Positions 32,603-44,731 of a stretch of 64,000 nucleotides of DNA are shown here, piece after piece. A program made the translations under genes and the position numbers. How positions within the stretch are numbered: the first letter of the stretch is position 1; each line of letters begins with the position of its first letter. A model generated the notes under the pieces. The model worked only from the letters and a program-made list of their open reading frames with translations. It was not told where the DNA came from and made no database searches. The stretch is from Tetramitus jugosus (lineage: Eukaryota > Protista > Heterolobosea), in NCBI GenBank assembly GCA_937625935.1, contig OW569361.1, forward strand, positions 372,001 to 436,000. The letters run 5' to 3'.

Positions 32603-32994
32603 TTTTGTATCTGATGATGGCTCTGTTGTTTCGTTTTGTTTTTTTTTTGCTGGTGGTGCTTGTTGGGATGCGGGATAGGTGATGGGTATTCTTTGTTTTG
32701 TGTTTCGCGCCAAGAGTCAGTGACTACAACAAAATCCTGTGGTTGTGGAATTATTCCGCATTGGAAAGAACAATCTGGTGCTACTCGTTTTTTCTTCTGT
32801 GATTGTGACCAAAGAGTGAATGAATACATAGTTGACCAACCTTATCTCTGGAAGCCTTCTGCCAATGAGCAAGCCACAGATTCTATGAGTCATACAGTCC
32901 AAGAGAGCGGGGAAAAAAGCGATCTTCCTCTGCTTTGCGAACCAACGAAAAAAAGACTCAAGAAGAAGTTGTTCTCATTTCTCAAACAAACATC

Positions 32995-33495
32995 ATGACA
33001 GGAATTTCAGCTGCAGAAGTCACTCTCCCAAACTACGAACAACACTTGAACGAATACTTAAAGGATCTCAAGGAAAAGGGATTCAACGGTTCCGAAGAAG
33101 AAGCAAAGAAGCAGTTTGCTCATCAGATTGCTGAACTCTACAAGAACCAAGGCAATGAATATTTGAAGAATAGCAAGTATGATACATCTGTTGATTTGTA
33201 TCAGGCTGCTATTAATTTGAGCCCAAGTGCCGTCTATTATTCCAATTTGGCTGCTGCTTACTTCAATGCCAAGGACTATTCTGCTTGTTTGAAGGCTTGC
33301 TATGAGGGAATTGAGGTTGATCCAGAGTTTGCAAAGACTTATTTCAGATTGGCTAGATGTCAAAGACAGTTGAACGAGTTTGAAGAAGCTTTGAACTCGT
33401 ACAACAAGAGTTTGGAGCTTGACCCAAAGGACAGCAACGTCAAGAAGGCAAGAGATCAACTAGTCGAGGAAATGAAACAAAAACAAATGTTATAA
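32995..33495 (+). CDS. Small TPR co-chaperone-like protein (3 TPRs)
   Basis: KNQGNEYLK, VYYSNLAAAY, KTYFRLA carboxylate-clamp pattern. Confidence 0.85.
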   Translation: MTGISAAEVTLPNYEQHLNEYLKDLKEKGFNGSEEEAKKQFAHQIAELYKNQGNEYLKNSKYDTSVDLYQAAINLSPSAVYYSNLAAAYFNAKDYSACLKACYEGIEVDPEFAKTYFRLARCQRQLNEFEEALNSYNKSLELDPKDSNVKKARDQLVEEMKQKQML

Positions 33496-33653
33496 ACCGG
33501 TGCAGCATAAACAACACGCGTGACCTTATCCATCATCATTCCTATTGTCTGAAACTTCAATGTCATCCCACTTTACAATTTCTTCTTGCTTCGGTGTTTT
33601 TGCATATTTTCCCGGATAAATTGTGGAGAGAAAAAAATCAACAATCTGCAAAA

Positions 33654-35184
33654 ATGATGAGAAATGAGGACGATTTGGGCATGCTCATGTCTGGAGATCC
33701 AGAACTTGCAAAGGAAGCGATCAAAGTTTCACATATCAATGTCCACGGATGCCACAGAACTTATGCGAGTGTGATCAAGAGAGCTTTTAGCAGAGTGAAC
33801 GGAGCTCGTTCAATGGAAGAGCTCAGTGATGCCATCAAGGATGGTATTCAACACACTTCTTCACTAAATGTTCACGATCAGATCGATGTTGGTCTCAGTA
33901 CTGACGAAAACAGTGCAAATGGAATTGTTTTGGATCTTTTTGTGCAGGAGAAGCCATTGAAGGTGACTTATGCCCTCGGTGGAGATGTCAGTTTGTCTGG
34001 CAACAAGAATGTCGTACGTACACTCGCAAGTGACGAGCCTTATTTTTTACTTTAAGTGTTTCTCACGTGGCTTACACTGATTTTTTGTTCAATTTTGTAA
34101 TTTGTGTGTGTTTTCCTCTTGTTTTTCATTGCGTGAATGATAGACTGGCGCAGCTCATTTGAGAAGTGCATTGGGATTGGGTGAACAACTTGATGTTGAA
34201 GCCACAATGAATCAAGATAAGCACGTGTCATTCCTCTCTAGAATCAAGCTTCCATTTGTGCCAATGCTCGATGGAAGCTTGGCCCTATCAGCCTACACGA
34301 GAGTTCCAGAGAGACTCTCAACACTCATGACATCTTCTACCAACGGCGCTGCTCTTACTGCAAAGTTGAACAAGAATCATACATTGGAGTACAGAATTGA
34401 TTCAAGAGCAAATCAAAACTATAACGCATTCGTATCAAAGAAGGTATTGATTGGAGATATTGATGAAGATAGTGATACTGTTGCAGATATAGAGGCAAAG
34501 AAGGCGCTTCCAGACAGCAAGCTATGGTCTGAAGTATCTGCTCACTCTGTCAATGCATCATTGACTCACAATTACACAATGAATGCATTGGATGATAATG
34601 TGTCACCATCTAGTGGCGCTAAAATATCGTTGTCTACATCAGTGAGTGGCCTAGCTAATGTTGGTGATGTGCATATGGCATCCAGTGTCTTGAAATCTCA
34701 TATTTATGTTCCAATTGTTAAGAATGTGTTGACAGGATCTATTCACACCACTGTTGGTGCTGCAGTGCCATTTGGAGAGCATTCCATCTCATTGAATGAT
34801 CGATTCAGATTTGAACGTGTGCGTGGTTACAACACACTTGGTGCTGTCAATAGCGAAACCTCTGAAGAATATGGAGGTAATGTTGTTGGTACTGCTGCTG
34901 TGAGATTAAGTGCACCTGTTCCTGTACCATTCTTGGGCGATCAACTCGGAATGAAGATTCACACATTTGCTCACACTGGTAATGTTGAGAATTATGATTT
35001 TAAGAAGGGTGGGGACTCGAAACAATTTATTGAAAAGTTCAAGAGTGGACTGCATTCAAGTTATGGTGCAGGTTTCTTCTTCAACTTACCTATTGGTCGT
35101 GTTGAGTTCAACTGGTGCAAGCAATATTCTGCCACAAGTGAGACTGGAGCACCAAAGTTTGAATGGAAGTTTATGAGCGAATAA
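33654..35184 (+). CDS. SAMM50: Sam50/Omp85 mitochondrial outer-membrane beta-barrel, 2 exons
   Basis: POTRA (INVHGCHRT...LFVQEK), RSALGLGEQL, NDRF...VRGY, YGG, SSYGAG...IGRVEFNW. Intron 34014-34143. Confidence 0.9.
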
Positions 35185-35411
35185 ATCAATCCAAATATTG
35201 TAATCAGCAAAGAAACAAGCTCTGCTCTTTGTATCGAGGAAACCCAAACGGCGGGTAAAACCATTTGAAATGGTTGTCACCAACCTGCTTCTCCCTTCCA
35301 CGCAACGAATTGACAAAAACCCCTCCAGAGCGCGAATCCAAAAAAACGAACTCGAACACACAAAACACCAGCGCAACAACAAAAACACGAGCATTGTGAA
35401 GACAACAAACA

Positions 35412-38400
35412 ATGATTTCGTTTGATGTGTTGATCATGGTCATATTGACCGCATCAACCACTATACTCTATCCAAGCGTGTTCAAACACGCTCTTCGCCT
35501 CCTTCTTCACTCCTTTTACGCACTGTATTCACTGCCAAGTCAGTTTGAACAAATGTACATGAAAGAACAACAAATACAACAAATACAACAACAGCAGAAT
35601 CAATCATCGTCAAACAGCAAATCAAATCAAGTGAAACAAGCAGAGTTTGATGACATGTCTGAACTGTCGGAGAATGATGAGGATGATCGGAGTTATTTTA
35701 GCATGAGCGATAGTGAAAAGAGTAGCAGCAATGTGGTTTCAGTGTCGACAAGTGCCACAAACATGTTGATACAACAGTCGACAACCATCAGAAAGAGACG
35801 ACTGAGCACAGCTGACCTCAAAACGCGAGTTCATTTACGATTTTTGCGAAATCAACAACAGAATGATGAGACGGTGGGTAATTCACCAAGAAGGATTGAT
35901 CATAAAATGTGGAATGACGAAACAAATGAAGAACAGTTACAACAAGAAGAAGCAGAAGACGAGAGCGATTCTGATGATAATGATGATGATAGTTGTAATG
36001 AATCACAAGAAGAAGATTGTCAAAATGAAGAATCAGCTGCAAACAGTTTGAGTAATGCGATAGCAACAACAATAACGGCGAAGAGACAATCGTTGTTTAA
36101 AAAGACTGTTGATCAGGAAATACAGTGTGATCCAATGGATTTTGAAACGTTGGAGATGAGAACTGTTTTGCCATTTAGGCACAAGAATATGCCCATTTCT
36201 CATTACAAGACTATTCGTACCGATATTGACACTAGTGACATGTTAAGTTATCAAGGTGTAAGATATAGAATACCTGCGCCATATGAACTATATGACACGA
36301 GAGAGACGGAGCGTGTTGTCAGCGGTTCGAAATCAAAGTTTACAAGAGTTGGAGGTACAGTCAGACATATTCATGCAGCAACAAAGCACGCTTCCGTATC
36401 CACTCCTACTGGAACTAGTGGTGGAGCTTTAGAAAGTGAAGAAACTTCCAGTCACGAAGTGGAGACACAACCAGAAGCACCTACAACACCTACTGCTCCA
36501 TCATCGAAGGTTGTTGGATTTAGAAATCGCAGTAAGAGTTTAAATCTGGGAGTTAGCACAAAGGCAAGTGAGCCAATGAGTGATGTAAAACCTCTTGCTC
36601 GTGGAAACACCGTATCAAATCTTGAGATTGAAACCTTCAAGTCGAATCGTGTTTTCAGGTCTGCATTCGTTCCAAGAATTTCCACTGAGCATGAAGAAGA
36701 TGGAACAGAGTCAGAAAGCGAGGATTTATCCACGATGACCGATACCGATGATCTCGTAACCACTGTAAACACACCAAAACCAGAAATTGACTCTATACAG
36801 AGCCCAGCTCATGACTCTGATGACAACTCGTCTGTGAGTAGGCCCCTTTCTGATCCGGTATCACCCATCATGAGTCAAGAACTAAATATTCTGTACAAAA
36901 TCGACATGGAGACCATCCTACAACAAACAGAATCAGTATCAACTTCTGTTAGCAATCAAGTACTAAGAATATTGGAGCATGTGAAGCTTACATCAGATGA
37001 TTGTCACCCAACAGACGCTACAGGTCATCTTTCAAACATGAAAGAGAAGACAACACTCACCCTATGTAACAATAACTTATTGACGTGCCCCTATTCATTG
37101 ATGGATGCTGAGCAGCTCGTTACTTTGGATCTGTCGCATAATTATCTATCAAGTGTATCAAATTGGATGTGTGAGTCTCTGAAACACACACTAACTGCTT
37201 TGAGCTTATGTCATAACCTACTGACAGACTTGCCCGAGAAGTTTTCTGAACTCAAGAAGTTGAGAGAGTTAGACTTGAGTTACAACAAGTTTGAGTACAT
37301 ACCACACAGTGTGCAACAACTACCTAGCTTAACCAGTCTCGATGTGAGTCATAACTCGATCTATGTTATTGCTCCTGGAGTTTGTCGGTTGAAACATACT
37401 CTGACAGAACTGAATTTTAGCTACAACAACATCATGGAGGTGCCTGAGGATTTAAAGAATTGCAGAAAGTTGCGCTATCTCAAATATTCAGACAACGAGA
37501 TCTTCTACTCCTCGACTAGCTCCGTATTGAATAAGATTAGTGTGGAGGAGGTAGCTCGAAAGAAACCTCTGAGACAACGGTCACACAGTAGTTTGCTTGG
37601 TGCATTGATTGGATCTAACCAAAGTAGTCGCAATGTCATGAATTCGAGTCAGTCATCTCTCAATACTCACCTACCTTCTCGAATTTTGTACTTGTTGGAT
37701 TTACTGGACAGCGAACGAAGATTTATTAGATACATGAATGTATTTAATGATGTGTATTATGTTCCGTTGACAACTCAGTTAGAGGAGTTAAAAAAGGAAC
37801 ATGAATTCACCATCTCATACAACTACCTCTCGGTGATTATCCCAAGCGAATTGTACAGTATTTTGATATTCGCTAGAGCGTTCTTGCGCTCTTTGCTGAC
37901 CAAATCAGGTGGCATGGCCTTCTATGAGAGCAATCCATTTGTGTTAGCTAATTGTGAGATTGGTAACATATTCTTACAGAACATGGAGAGTATAAGATCT
38001 CTATACGTATCGTACTCTATTTTATACGATAAGGCAGTTGATTTCCTAAGAGAGCTCCAACGAGTGAACCCAGAGTTTGATAGATACTTGAAATCAAGAA
38101 ACCGATTACCATTGTGTGATGGTATGTCATTGGAAAGCTTCCTGTTGTTGCCCATTCGAAGGCTTTCAAAATATGTCGATACATTGCAAAACTTGTTGAG
38201 AGTCACACCTGAATCACATCCAGATTATGTGAGTACTCGCAAAGCTCTGAAAAAGATGCACAAGTTGGTCACAATCCAGCAAAAGAACATATTTATTATC
38301 AACAACAAGTACAAGATATTGGAACTTCAAAGAAAGTTGAAAGTGACTGATCTATTGATTCCTAGTCGATTCCTATTGAAGGAAGGTAAGCTTACCTTGG

Positions 38401-39308
38401 CACAATCACGTGGTATCAATAATTTCAAGAAGGAAATCATGAAGCAATTCTACAACAAGTCGTCTGTGATGGAATCAGTGAAGGAACTCAATCCATATTT
38501 CGAAACATTCAAAGCCAAACTTACTGGAAGTACCGTAGACGACTTGTGGGAAGTTCGTCTCACTGAGCTCACAGTTTATGTGTACTTGTTCAGTGACGTC
38601 ATTCTGATTAAGGAAACCAATCTGATTCAAAAATTGGTAGGAAAGTTTTACTTGTATAGTCTACGAGGGGCCATGGTAGCTGAACGTGAACAGAATGAAG
38701 GCAATGAGAAGGAGTTCTCTTTGATTATTCGTGTTCAAACTCCCAGCACGAAACAATCATCAACAAAACTGTTAACGTTTATCTGTGAAGACAGAAGAGA
38801 TTGTCTTGCCTGGTACAATGCCGTCCAGAAAACAGTGGGTATATTGAATCCATCTGTAAATTTGGGCGACACTGAGAATGTTGACAGTGGAGACGAAGAA
38901 GAAGGTGTAGACATGGTCTTGGATCACGCCTATGAGAACTACGATCGAGAAAGTGTTCTCAAGTTCAGTGAAGATCTCAATACGAGCATGGAGCTTCCTT
39001 CACCGAGAGATAGTGGTTCGACAACACCTCGCGCTAGCGTGTCAGACGCCAATGCTAGCGATGATTCATTCCATTTGCCGGACCTGAGTGAAACACATAC
39101 AGAAGGACACGATCCTGTCGTACTATCACCACGCCACAATGCACCAACCACCACTTCCAGCACTTCCAATGCTACTTCTACCAGTACCACCAGTACGACT
39201 ACCAGTGGATTCAAAAAGAGATCCTACACTGGCAAGTACAGAAGCTCCAACCTGAGCCCTCCTGATAACAACGGTGATCCAACATCGAATGCACCCACCA
39301 GCAAATAA
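35412..39308 (+). CDS. LRR plus RhoGEF (DH)-PH protein with N-terminal hydrophobic anchor
   Basis: About 7 LRRs (LDLSHNYLS, LDLSYNKFE), DH (LLDSERRFIRYM, LESFLLLPIRRLSKY, TPESHPDY), PH (RFLLKEGKL, VYLFSDVIL, W...V). Confidence 0.9.
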   Translation: MISFDVLIMVILTASTTILYPSVFKHALRLLLHSFYALYSLPSQFEQMYMKEQQIQQIQQQQNQSSSNSKSNQVKQAEFDDMSELSENDEDDRSYFSMSDSEKSSSNVVSVSTSATNMLIQQSTTIRKRRLSTADLKTRVHLRFLRNQQQNDETVGNSPRRIDHKMWNDETNEEQLQQEEAEDESDSDDNDDDSCNESQEEDCQNEESAANSLSNAIATTITAKRQSLFKKTVDQEIQCDPMDFETLEMRTVLPFRHKNMPISHYKTIRTDIDTSDMLSYQGVRYRIPAPYELYDTRETERVVSGSKSKFTRVGGTVRHIHAATKHASVSTPTGTSGGALESEETSSHEVETQPEAPTTPTAPSSKVVGFRNRSKSLNLGVSTKASEPMSDVKPLARGNTVSNLEIETFKSNRVFRSAFVPRISTEHEEDGTESESEDLSTMTDTDDLVTTVNTPKPEIDSIQSPAHDSDDNSSVSRPLSDPVSPIMSQELNILYKIDMETILQQTESVSTSVSNQVLRILEHVKLTSDDCHPTDATGHLSNMKEKTTLTLCNNNLLTCPYSLMDAEQLVTLDLSHNYLSSVSNWMCESLKHTLTALSLCHNLLTDLPEKFSELKKLRELDLSYNKFEYIPHSVQQLPSLTSLDVSHNSIYVIAPGVCRLKHTLTELNFSYNNIMEVPEDLKNCRKLRYLKYSDNEIFYSSTSSVLNKISVEEVARKKPLRQRSHSSLLGALIGSNQSSRNVMNSSQSSLNTHLPSRILYLLDLLDSERRFIRYMNVFNDVYYVPLTTQLEELKKEHEFTISYNYLSVIIPSELYSILIFARAFLRSLLTKSGGMAFYESNPFVLANCEIGNIFLQNMESIRSLYVSYSILYDKAVDFLRELQRVNPEFDRYLKSRNRLPLCDGMSLESFLLLPIRRLSKYVDTLQNLLRVTPESHPDYVSTRKALKKMHKLVTIQQKNIFIINNKYKILELQRKLKVTDLLIPSRFLLKEGKLTLAQSRGINNFKKEIMKQFYNKSSVMESVKELNPYFETFKAKLTGSTVDDLWEVRLTELTVYVYLFSDVILIKETNLIQKLVGKFYLYSLRGAMVAEREQNEGNEKEFSLIIRVQTPSTKQSSTKLLTFICEDRRDCLAWYNAVQKTVGILNPSVNLGDTENVDSGDEEEGVDMVLDHAYENYDRESVLKFSEDLNTSMELPSPRDSGSTTPRASVSDANASDDSFHLPDLSETHTEGHDPVVLSPRHNAPTTTSSTSNATSTSTTSTTTSGFKKRSYTGKYRSSNLSPPDNNGDPTSNAPTSK

Positions 39309-39409
39309 ATTATTTTCATCCAACCGTGAGAATAAACATCATAATAGATGAAACCTAAACAACAACAAAGCTCATCACGTATTCGATTCACAAAACAAGG
39401 ACAAAGAGC

Positions 39410-41635
39410 ATGGTCGATCAACAACAAACAACGCTTGTAACAACGTCGCACCAACAAGAACAAGAACATCAAGATAATACTCAAAACAGCATAAAACACA
39501 ACAGTCATGATCACGTATCAAGCACAAAAAATGGAACACAACAGAGGCAACAACAACAAGAAACGATCGTGAAGCTTGCCGAGCGAAATTTGGTGCGTGC
39601 GATCGAGAAGTCGTTGACACAAGCTCAGAAACCCAACATTTCAGTGATCAAGCAACAGGAAATTCTTGCACAGCTGCATCAAGATATTTCGCAACCCATT
39701 GATGTCAAGTTCAAGAAATTACTCTCGCAGTACGGCCATTCTGGCGCGAAAGTCGGAGAAATAGAGGAGAAATTCGATCGGGAGAATCCATGCAATTATT
39801 TTTATGAGTTAATTAGCCGATATTATCTACGGAACGAGAGCAAGGCCAACGAGGTTCACTCATTAGCTTTTCATCACCTCATAACGAACCATCACTTTCC
39901 CTCAATCTATGCACTGTTGTTTCATCGATGGTTATTTGCTATTCCAAGTGATGGTGAACAGGGGCATCAGATGAGAAGGTTGACACTGAGTCGTTGTAAC
40001 ATTTTTCTCAAGGGAACCAATCGATTGTTCTGGAGCGATGTGGAGAACTACACGTTTCGCTACAAGAGCTTATTCTCCTTTTTGAAGCAGAGTGTCCTAT
40101 TGAACAGAGATTTGGATCAAATCTTTCAGTTTATGGAAATTCCGACTATGCCCCTGTCGTCATCGTCGACATCTACGGCAAGTCAACCTGATGTCGATGA
40201 AAAGAAGCGGATGGAGTTCAAAAGTAGTGGTGATCTGGGGTATCTGGGAGAGATGGGTGGTGATATTGATGTGAGAATTGGTGAGCGCAATGAACAGATT
40301 GTAAATGATGATCTGACTAAAGACACCTCTGAAGGTCATAAGGATGGACAGGAACAAGGAGAACAGAAAGAAGAAGAAGAAGAAGAAGAAGAGGATGATA
40401 TCTGTGATTCTCAGATTGGTCATCTCAAAAGATTCGATAAGATGAGTCGAGAGGAACAAATGGCTCGATTAACGAGTGAAGAATGGAATAAGAGACGATT
40501 GTCACAAACGGAAGACACGAGAGCTCAGTTTATGTTTGAAGAAGAACAAGTGAAACAAGCAATGCAAACTCTTCAGCAACAGAAACCTGATGAAAGTCGG
40601 TCTGCTTCATCGTCTTCTTCATCCTCTCCATCGTCGTCGTTGTCATCTCCAGCAGATAAGCCACAAAGCCATGAAGTTACATCAATCACCACAGACAATC
40701 TTCCGCTCAGAGATCAGGTTAACTCACCAGAACTGCAGTACTTGATGGACAAGACAAAGCAAATGAATGTGATTGAGAGCAAGAAGAGAGATCTGATATC
40801 ACTGGTTGCCAAGTATTTCTTTTATTACGAGGATAGAAATTCGAGAATGCAACTTCCGAATTACATCTATGAACTGGCCAACAAGTGCGCCTCAAAAATG
40901 TATCATATTGACTCCTATGAGAATATGAGCCATGAGGATGAGGATGAATATGACGAAATATCGCAATTGGATGAAGTTGGTGGATGGGCCAGTCTATTTA
41001 ACAACACTTCGGCCACTAGCCCCAACAGCAATAGTAGCATGATTGATTATCGACGGTTTTCTATCACTGATCCATCTTTCAACGAAATGTTCGAAGACTC
41101 GAGAGAGTTTGACACTTCGAACACATCCAAGGTACAACAAATGATATCAGACATATTCGTCACAGAAAACATTTTCCTACTCAGTGTTTTGAACAATGAG
41201 AAGATTCTTGTGTCGATTATGAATAATTTTAAGCTGTTTAAACAGTTAGACATTAGCAGTAAATGCAAGGTCAAGTTACAAGCAGCTCTCTATGCTGCAA
41301 CGAGGCCCGGACCACCCAATTATCCACCGAGAACTGTTCGACACAAAGCACAGGAAATTTTGGATGACTTGTTCCCCAAAGGCAGATACATTCGGTTCCT
41401 CATGAACTCATCATTTCGAGTGCTGCATCACTTCACATGGCCCATGTCCATACTCTACTGGTTCAAGGATCGAATTGAAAGTCTCTTTCGAATACCTCGT
41501 TCGATCACCACTACGATCAAGCATCACTTTGTATTTGATCCCAAACAGGTAGCAGCAACACCGGAAGCCAACGAACCAGAGGATGAAATCGACGAGGAAG
41601 ATCACTATTACCTGACCAAGTATGAATCTTTGTAA
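39410..41635 (+). CDS. Uncharacterised protein with apparently conserved N- and C-terminal blocks
   Basis: Long ORF with globular blocks FPSIYALLFHRWLF/GTNRLFWSD and PGPPNYPPRTVRH...LDDLFP.GR...FRVLH. These recall a plant/amoeba family of unknown function (from memory). Confidence 0.75.
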   Translation: MVDQQQTTLVTTSHQQEQEHQDNTQNSIKHNSHDHVSSTKNGTQQRQQQQETIVKLAERNLVRAIEKSLTQAQKPNISVIKQQEILAQLHQDISQPIDVKFKKLLSQYGHSGAKVGEIEEKFDRENPCNYFYELISRYYLRNESKANEVHSLAFHHLITNHHFPSIYALLFHRWLFAIPSDGEQGHQMRRLTLSRCNIFLKGTNRLFWSDVENYTFRYKSLFSFLKQSVLLNRDLDQIFQFMEIPTMPLSSSSTSTASQPDVDEKKRMEFKSSGDLGYLGEMGGDIDVRIGERNEQIVNDDLTKDTSEGHKDGQEQGEQKEEEEEEEEDDICDSQIGHLKRFDKMSREEQMARLTSEEWNKRRLSQTEDTRAQFMFEEEQVKQAMQTLQQQKPDESRSASSSSSSSPSSSLSSPADKPQSHEVTSITTDNLPLRDQVNSPELQYLMDKTKQMNVIESKKRDLISLVAKYFFYYEDRNSRMQLPNYIYELANKCASKMYHIDSYENMSHEDEDEYDEISQLDEVGGWASLFNNTSATSPNSNSSMIDYRRFSITDPSFNEMFEDSREFDTSNTSKVQQMISDIFVTENIFLLSVLNNEKILVSIMNNFKLFKQLDISSKCKVKLQAALYAATRPGPPNYPPRTVRHKAQEILDDLFPKGRYIRFLMNSSFRVLHHFTWPMSILYWFKDRIESLFRIPRSITTTIKHHFVFDPKQVAATPEANEPEDEIDEEDHYYLTKYESL

Positions 41636-41661
41636 ATAAGAATGGTGATTATTTATTGTAT

Positions 41662-44238
41662 TTACTCATTGGTGTCCATCTTTTCGTCAGACTTTTGTTC
41701 TTCCTGTTGTGCAGGTTGCTCAGCTGGCTTCTCTTCCTTCTTTGGTTCTTCCTTTGGAGGAGCTGGCTTTGGCTTGTTCACAATTGGTCTTGCGAAACTC
41801 CTCAACTCGTTAGTCTTCAAGTTGATGTTGTAGACGGTCAGAATTGGATCTTGAGTGTCCTTCAATGAGCTTTGCTTGTTCATGTTCTCGCGCAACCACT
41901 CTTCGGTCTCAGCAATCTTGTTGGCAACCTTGGCACGGTCTTCTTGACTAATGTGTGAATACCTTTCGTCTGTCGAGGTCACAAAGTCCTTGTACTCTTG
42001 GATGGCATCAAGCATATGGTTGATGGCAGTAGGACGCTCTTGATACTCTCTCTTTCTGTTCTCGATTGGATTTCCAATCTTTTGCAGCTCAGCCAACTTT
42101 TGTTGAGATTGTTGCTTGGTTGCGAACTCTCCCTCATCGTACAACCAATCTTCAGCAGATGTGAGAACACCTTCAAACTCGTCTCTGGCAGACTCTTCGA
42201 CAAACTTGCCCAATGCATCTTCGTCAAAGATCTTGTCCTTCATTTGGTAAATGTATGCTTCGACAGCGTTCTTTGCTTCCTCAGTCTCAGCAACTTCTCT
42301 GTCAGCAGCTCTCAACTTTTGCTCAACACCGACAAACTGTGCAAGTTCCTTTTCGCTCAACTCTTGAACATGAGGAGTGACAACCAAATCAGTTCTGATG
42401 GTCTTCTTCTTCTTGACAGTTCTATACTTCTTCTCTGCAGGTTGAGCTGGGGCTGCGTTGTCCTTTGCTTCTGCGTTTGCTTCAGTATTGGCAGCTGGTT
42501 GTTCAGTTGCTGGTGCTGGCTCCTCCTTGATTTCTTCTTGTTCTTCAACTTCAATCTCTTCGACTGCATGAGCCTCAACAATACCGACAATACCGTGAGT
42601 GTTGTGCTTGATGGTTACCTTGACATTGAGTGGAGTGTCTCTCTTTGGAACCTTGGAGATGGTGAATCTTCCAATGATTGGATTGGTTCCTTGTGGCAAA
42701 TCTTCTTGCTCAGCATAAGTCAAGTACAAATCGAAATCAGATGACCGCTTGAATGTCAACATCTTTGTGTTTGGTGTTGGATCAAACTTCTTGAAGACCA
42801 ATGAAGACTTCAGGGTTGGTGCATCGACAACACCCTCGCCAGCATCGATATCCATGGCGTCACCAGTTTGAGCTGCAGGAACCCATCCACAACTGATTGG
42901 GAAGTGAATGGAATCAACAACAGCAAACTTCTTTGCCAAGTGCATAGAGGTACTCATCATACCAGCAGTAATAGCAGCACCCTTGGCAATAGTTTCAGTA
43001 GCATTCAAAGTAGTCTTCACTGGTTGTTGGAACACTTCAGAAATGATGTGTCTCAATGCAGGGATGTAAGATGCACCACCAAACACCTCAACACTGGAGA
43101 TGCTCTTTGGATCAATCTTGCAATCAGCCAATGCCTTTCTGACTGGAACTTCGAATCTAGCGTGCAATGACTCTGCCATCTTCTCAAATTGCTCACGAGT
43201 AATTTGCAAGTTGATGTCCTTGTCGTTCATGAAGCACTCAATTCTCAATTGAACAACTGGATTTACACTCAAAATCTTCTTCAATCGATCGCATTCCTTT
43301 TGGAGTCTCATGAGGGCCTTGTGGTTTGTTCTTACATCCATTCCGTACACTCTTGCAATTTCATCAATAAAGAAATTGACCAAGATTTGTTCAAAGTCAC
43401 GAGCACCCAAGAAGCGATCAAATGCATTGGCCAAGACCTTGACTTGATCGTGCTTCAACTCAACAATGCTGACAGTGGTGTCGGCATGACCAACATCGAC
43501 AAAAGCAACGTTGAATGCTTGATTTTCTGGCAAATCCTTATAGATACCATACTCTACAGCAGCGGCACATGCGTCATTGACTAGTTTGACAACATTGAGA
43601 CCGGCAATTCTAGCAGCTTGCAAAACAGCTCTTCTCTGAGCGTCTAGGAAGTGAACTGGAATGGCAATGACCACATCACAGTGCTCAACAGACAACTCCT
43701 CTGCTTCGACGTACTTGCCCAATTGTGTAAACATCATGGCAAGGATCTGAACAGGAGTGAATTGACACTTTTCTCCTTTGTATTCAACTTCAGCAAGAAC
43801 AGAGTCGTTTGGTCCCTGTGTAATCTTGCATGGAATTTGTTCCAAGTCTGATGCTGGGATCTCAGAGTATCTGAGACCAATGAGTCTCTTGATTAGCATC
43901 ACAGTGTTTTGTGCATTAAATGTCAATTGTGAGACACCTGCCTCACCAACATGTCTAGTCTTGTCACCAAATGAGATCACAGTTCTATTATATTTTTGTG
44001 TCACCAAAAAAAAATGTGTGTGAAAAGAATGTGAGCGAGGTGTTAGCAAAGTGGATCAACACATGTGGCACATGAAAGCTTAAAGGTAAAAATGAAGCGA
44101 ATGATGTATATATAGAGTATGTGGTACGTACGGTGAGTATCTTCTAGAGAATTCGTTGGAGAGGACATTGATCCCACCTCTTCTTCCGACAGCGACAACA
44201 CAGTTGTCTGTTCCCAAATCAATTCCGATCACTGGCAT
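41662..44238 (-). CDS. HSP110/Sse1 Hsp70-family nucleotide exchange factor, 2 exons
   Basis: VIGIDLG...NEFSRRYSP/TVISF (intron 43985-44131), AFVDVGH, TTLNATE, AKNAVEAYIY, AEDWLYDEG. Confidence 0.95.
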
Positions 44239-44731
44239 GTTTTAAAAAGTGGTGTGTTGTTGTTGAATAAAGGATCAAGCTAAGCTTATAGATCTAACCG
44301 AATGCTCTCGTTTTTAGTTTAGGTGTGTTGTTTGAAATTGTGGTGCTTTTATTGAAAGAAATTGGAGGCGAGAGTGACTCACCGCGGAACCTCAGCCAGG
44401 AATTTTGATCGTGTCGGAATACAACATCGGAAATGTTGGTGTAAACAAAACACGTGAAAGCGGAGGTATGGGTGAGGATGTCGCACATTGTAGCTTTGAA
44501 ACACGTGTGAAGATTGAGTGTATACACTCACAACACATTATTGAGTGTTGGGTGTGCAAGGATTGAGCAAGATCAAAAAAACTGATCATGATTCTTCAAC
44601 GTACTGGTTGAAGTTAAAAAATAGAGATACACTTCAACGGTCGGCTCTTTGATTTCCCTCCAAAAAGCTTGTTTTTGCCAACAAAGTCAATTCACGCCAA
44701 TCTTCTGACAGCAACACCACCTGAAAAAAAC

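Noticed and set aside
41998-43584. Long plus-strand ORFs antisense to HSP110
   Set aside because: Expected shadow ORFs from biased codon usage in Hsp70-family genes; no independent protein features.
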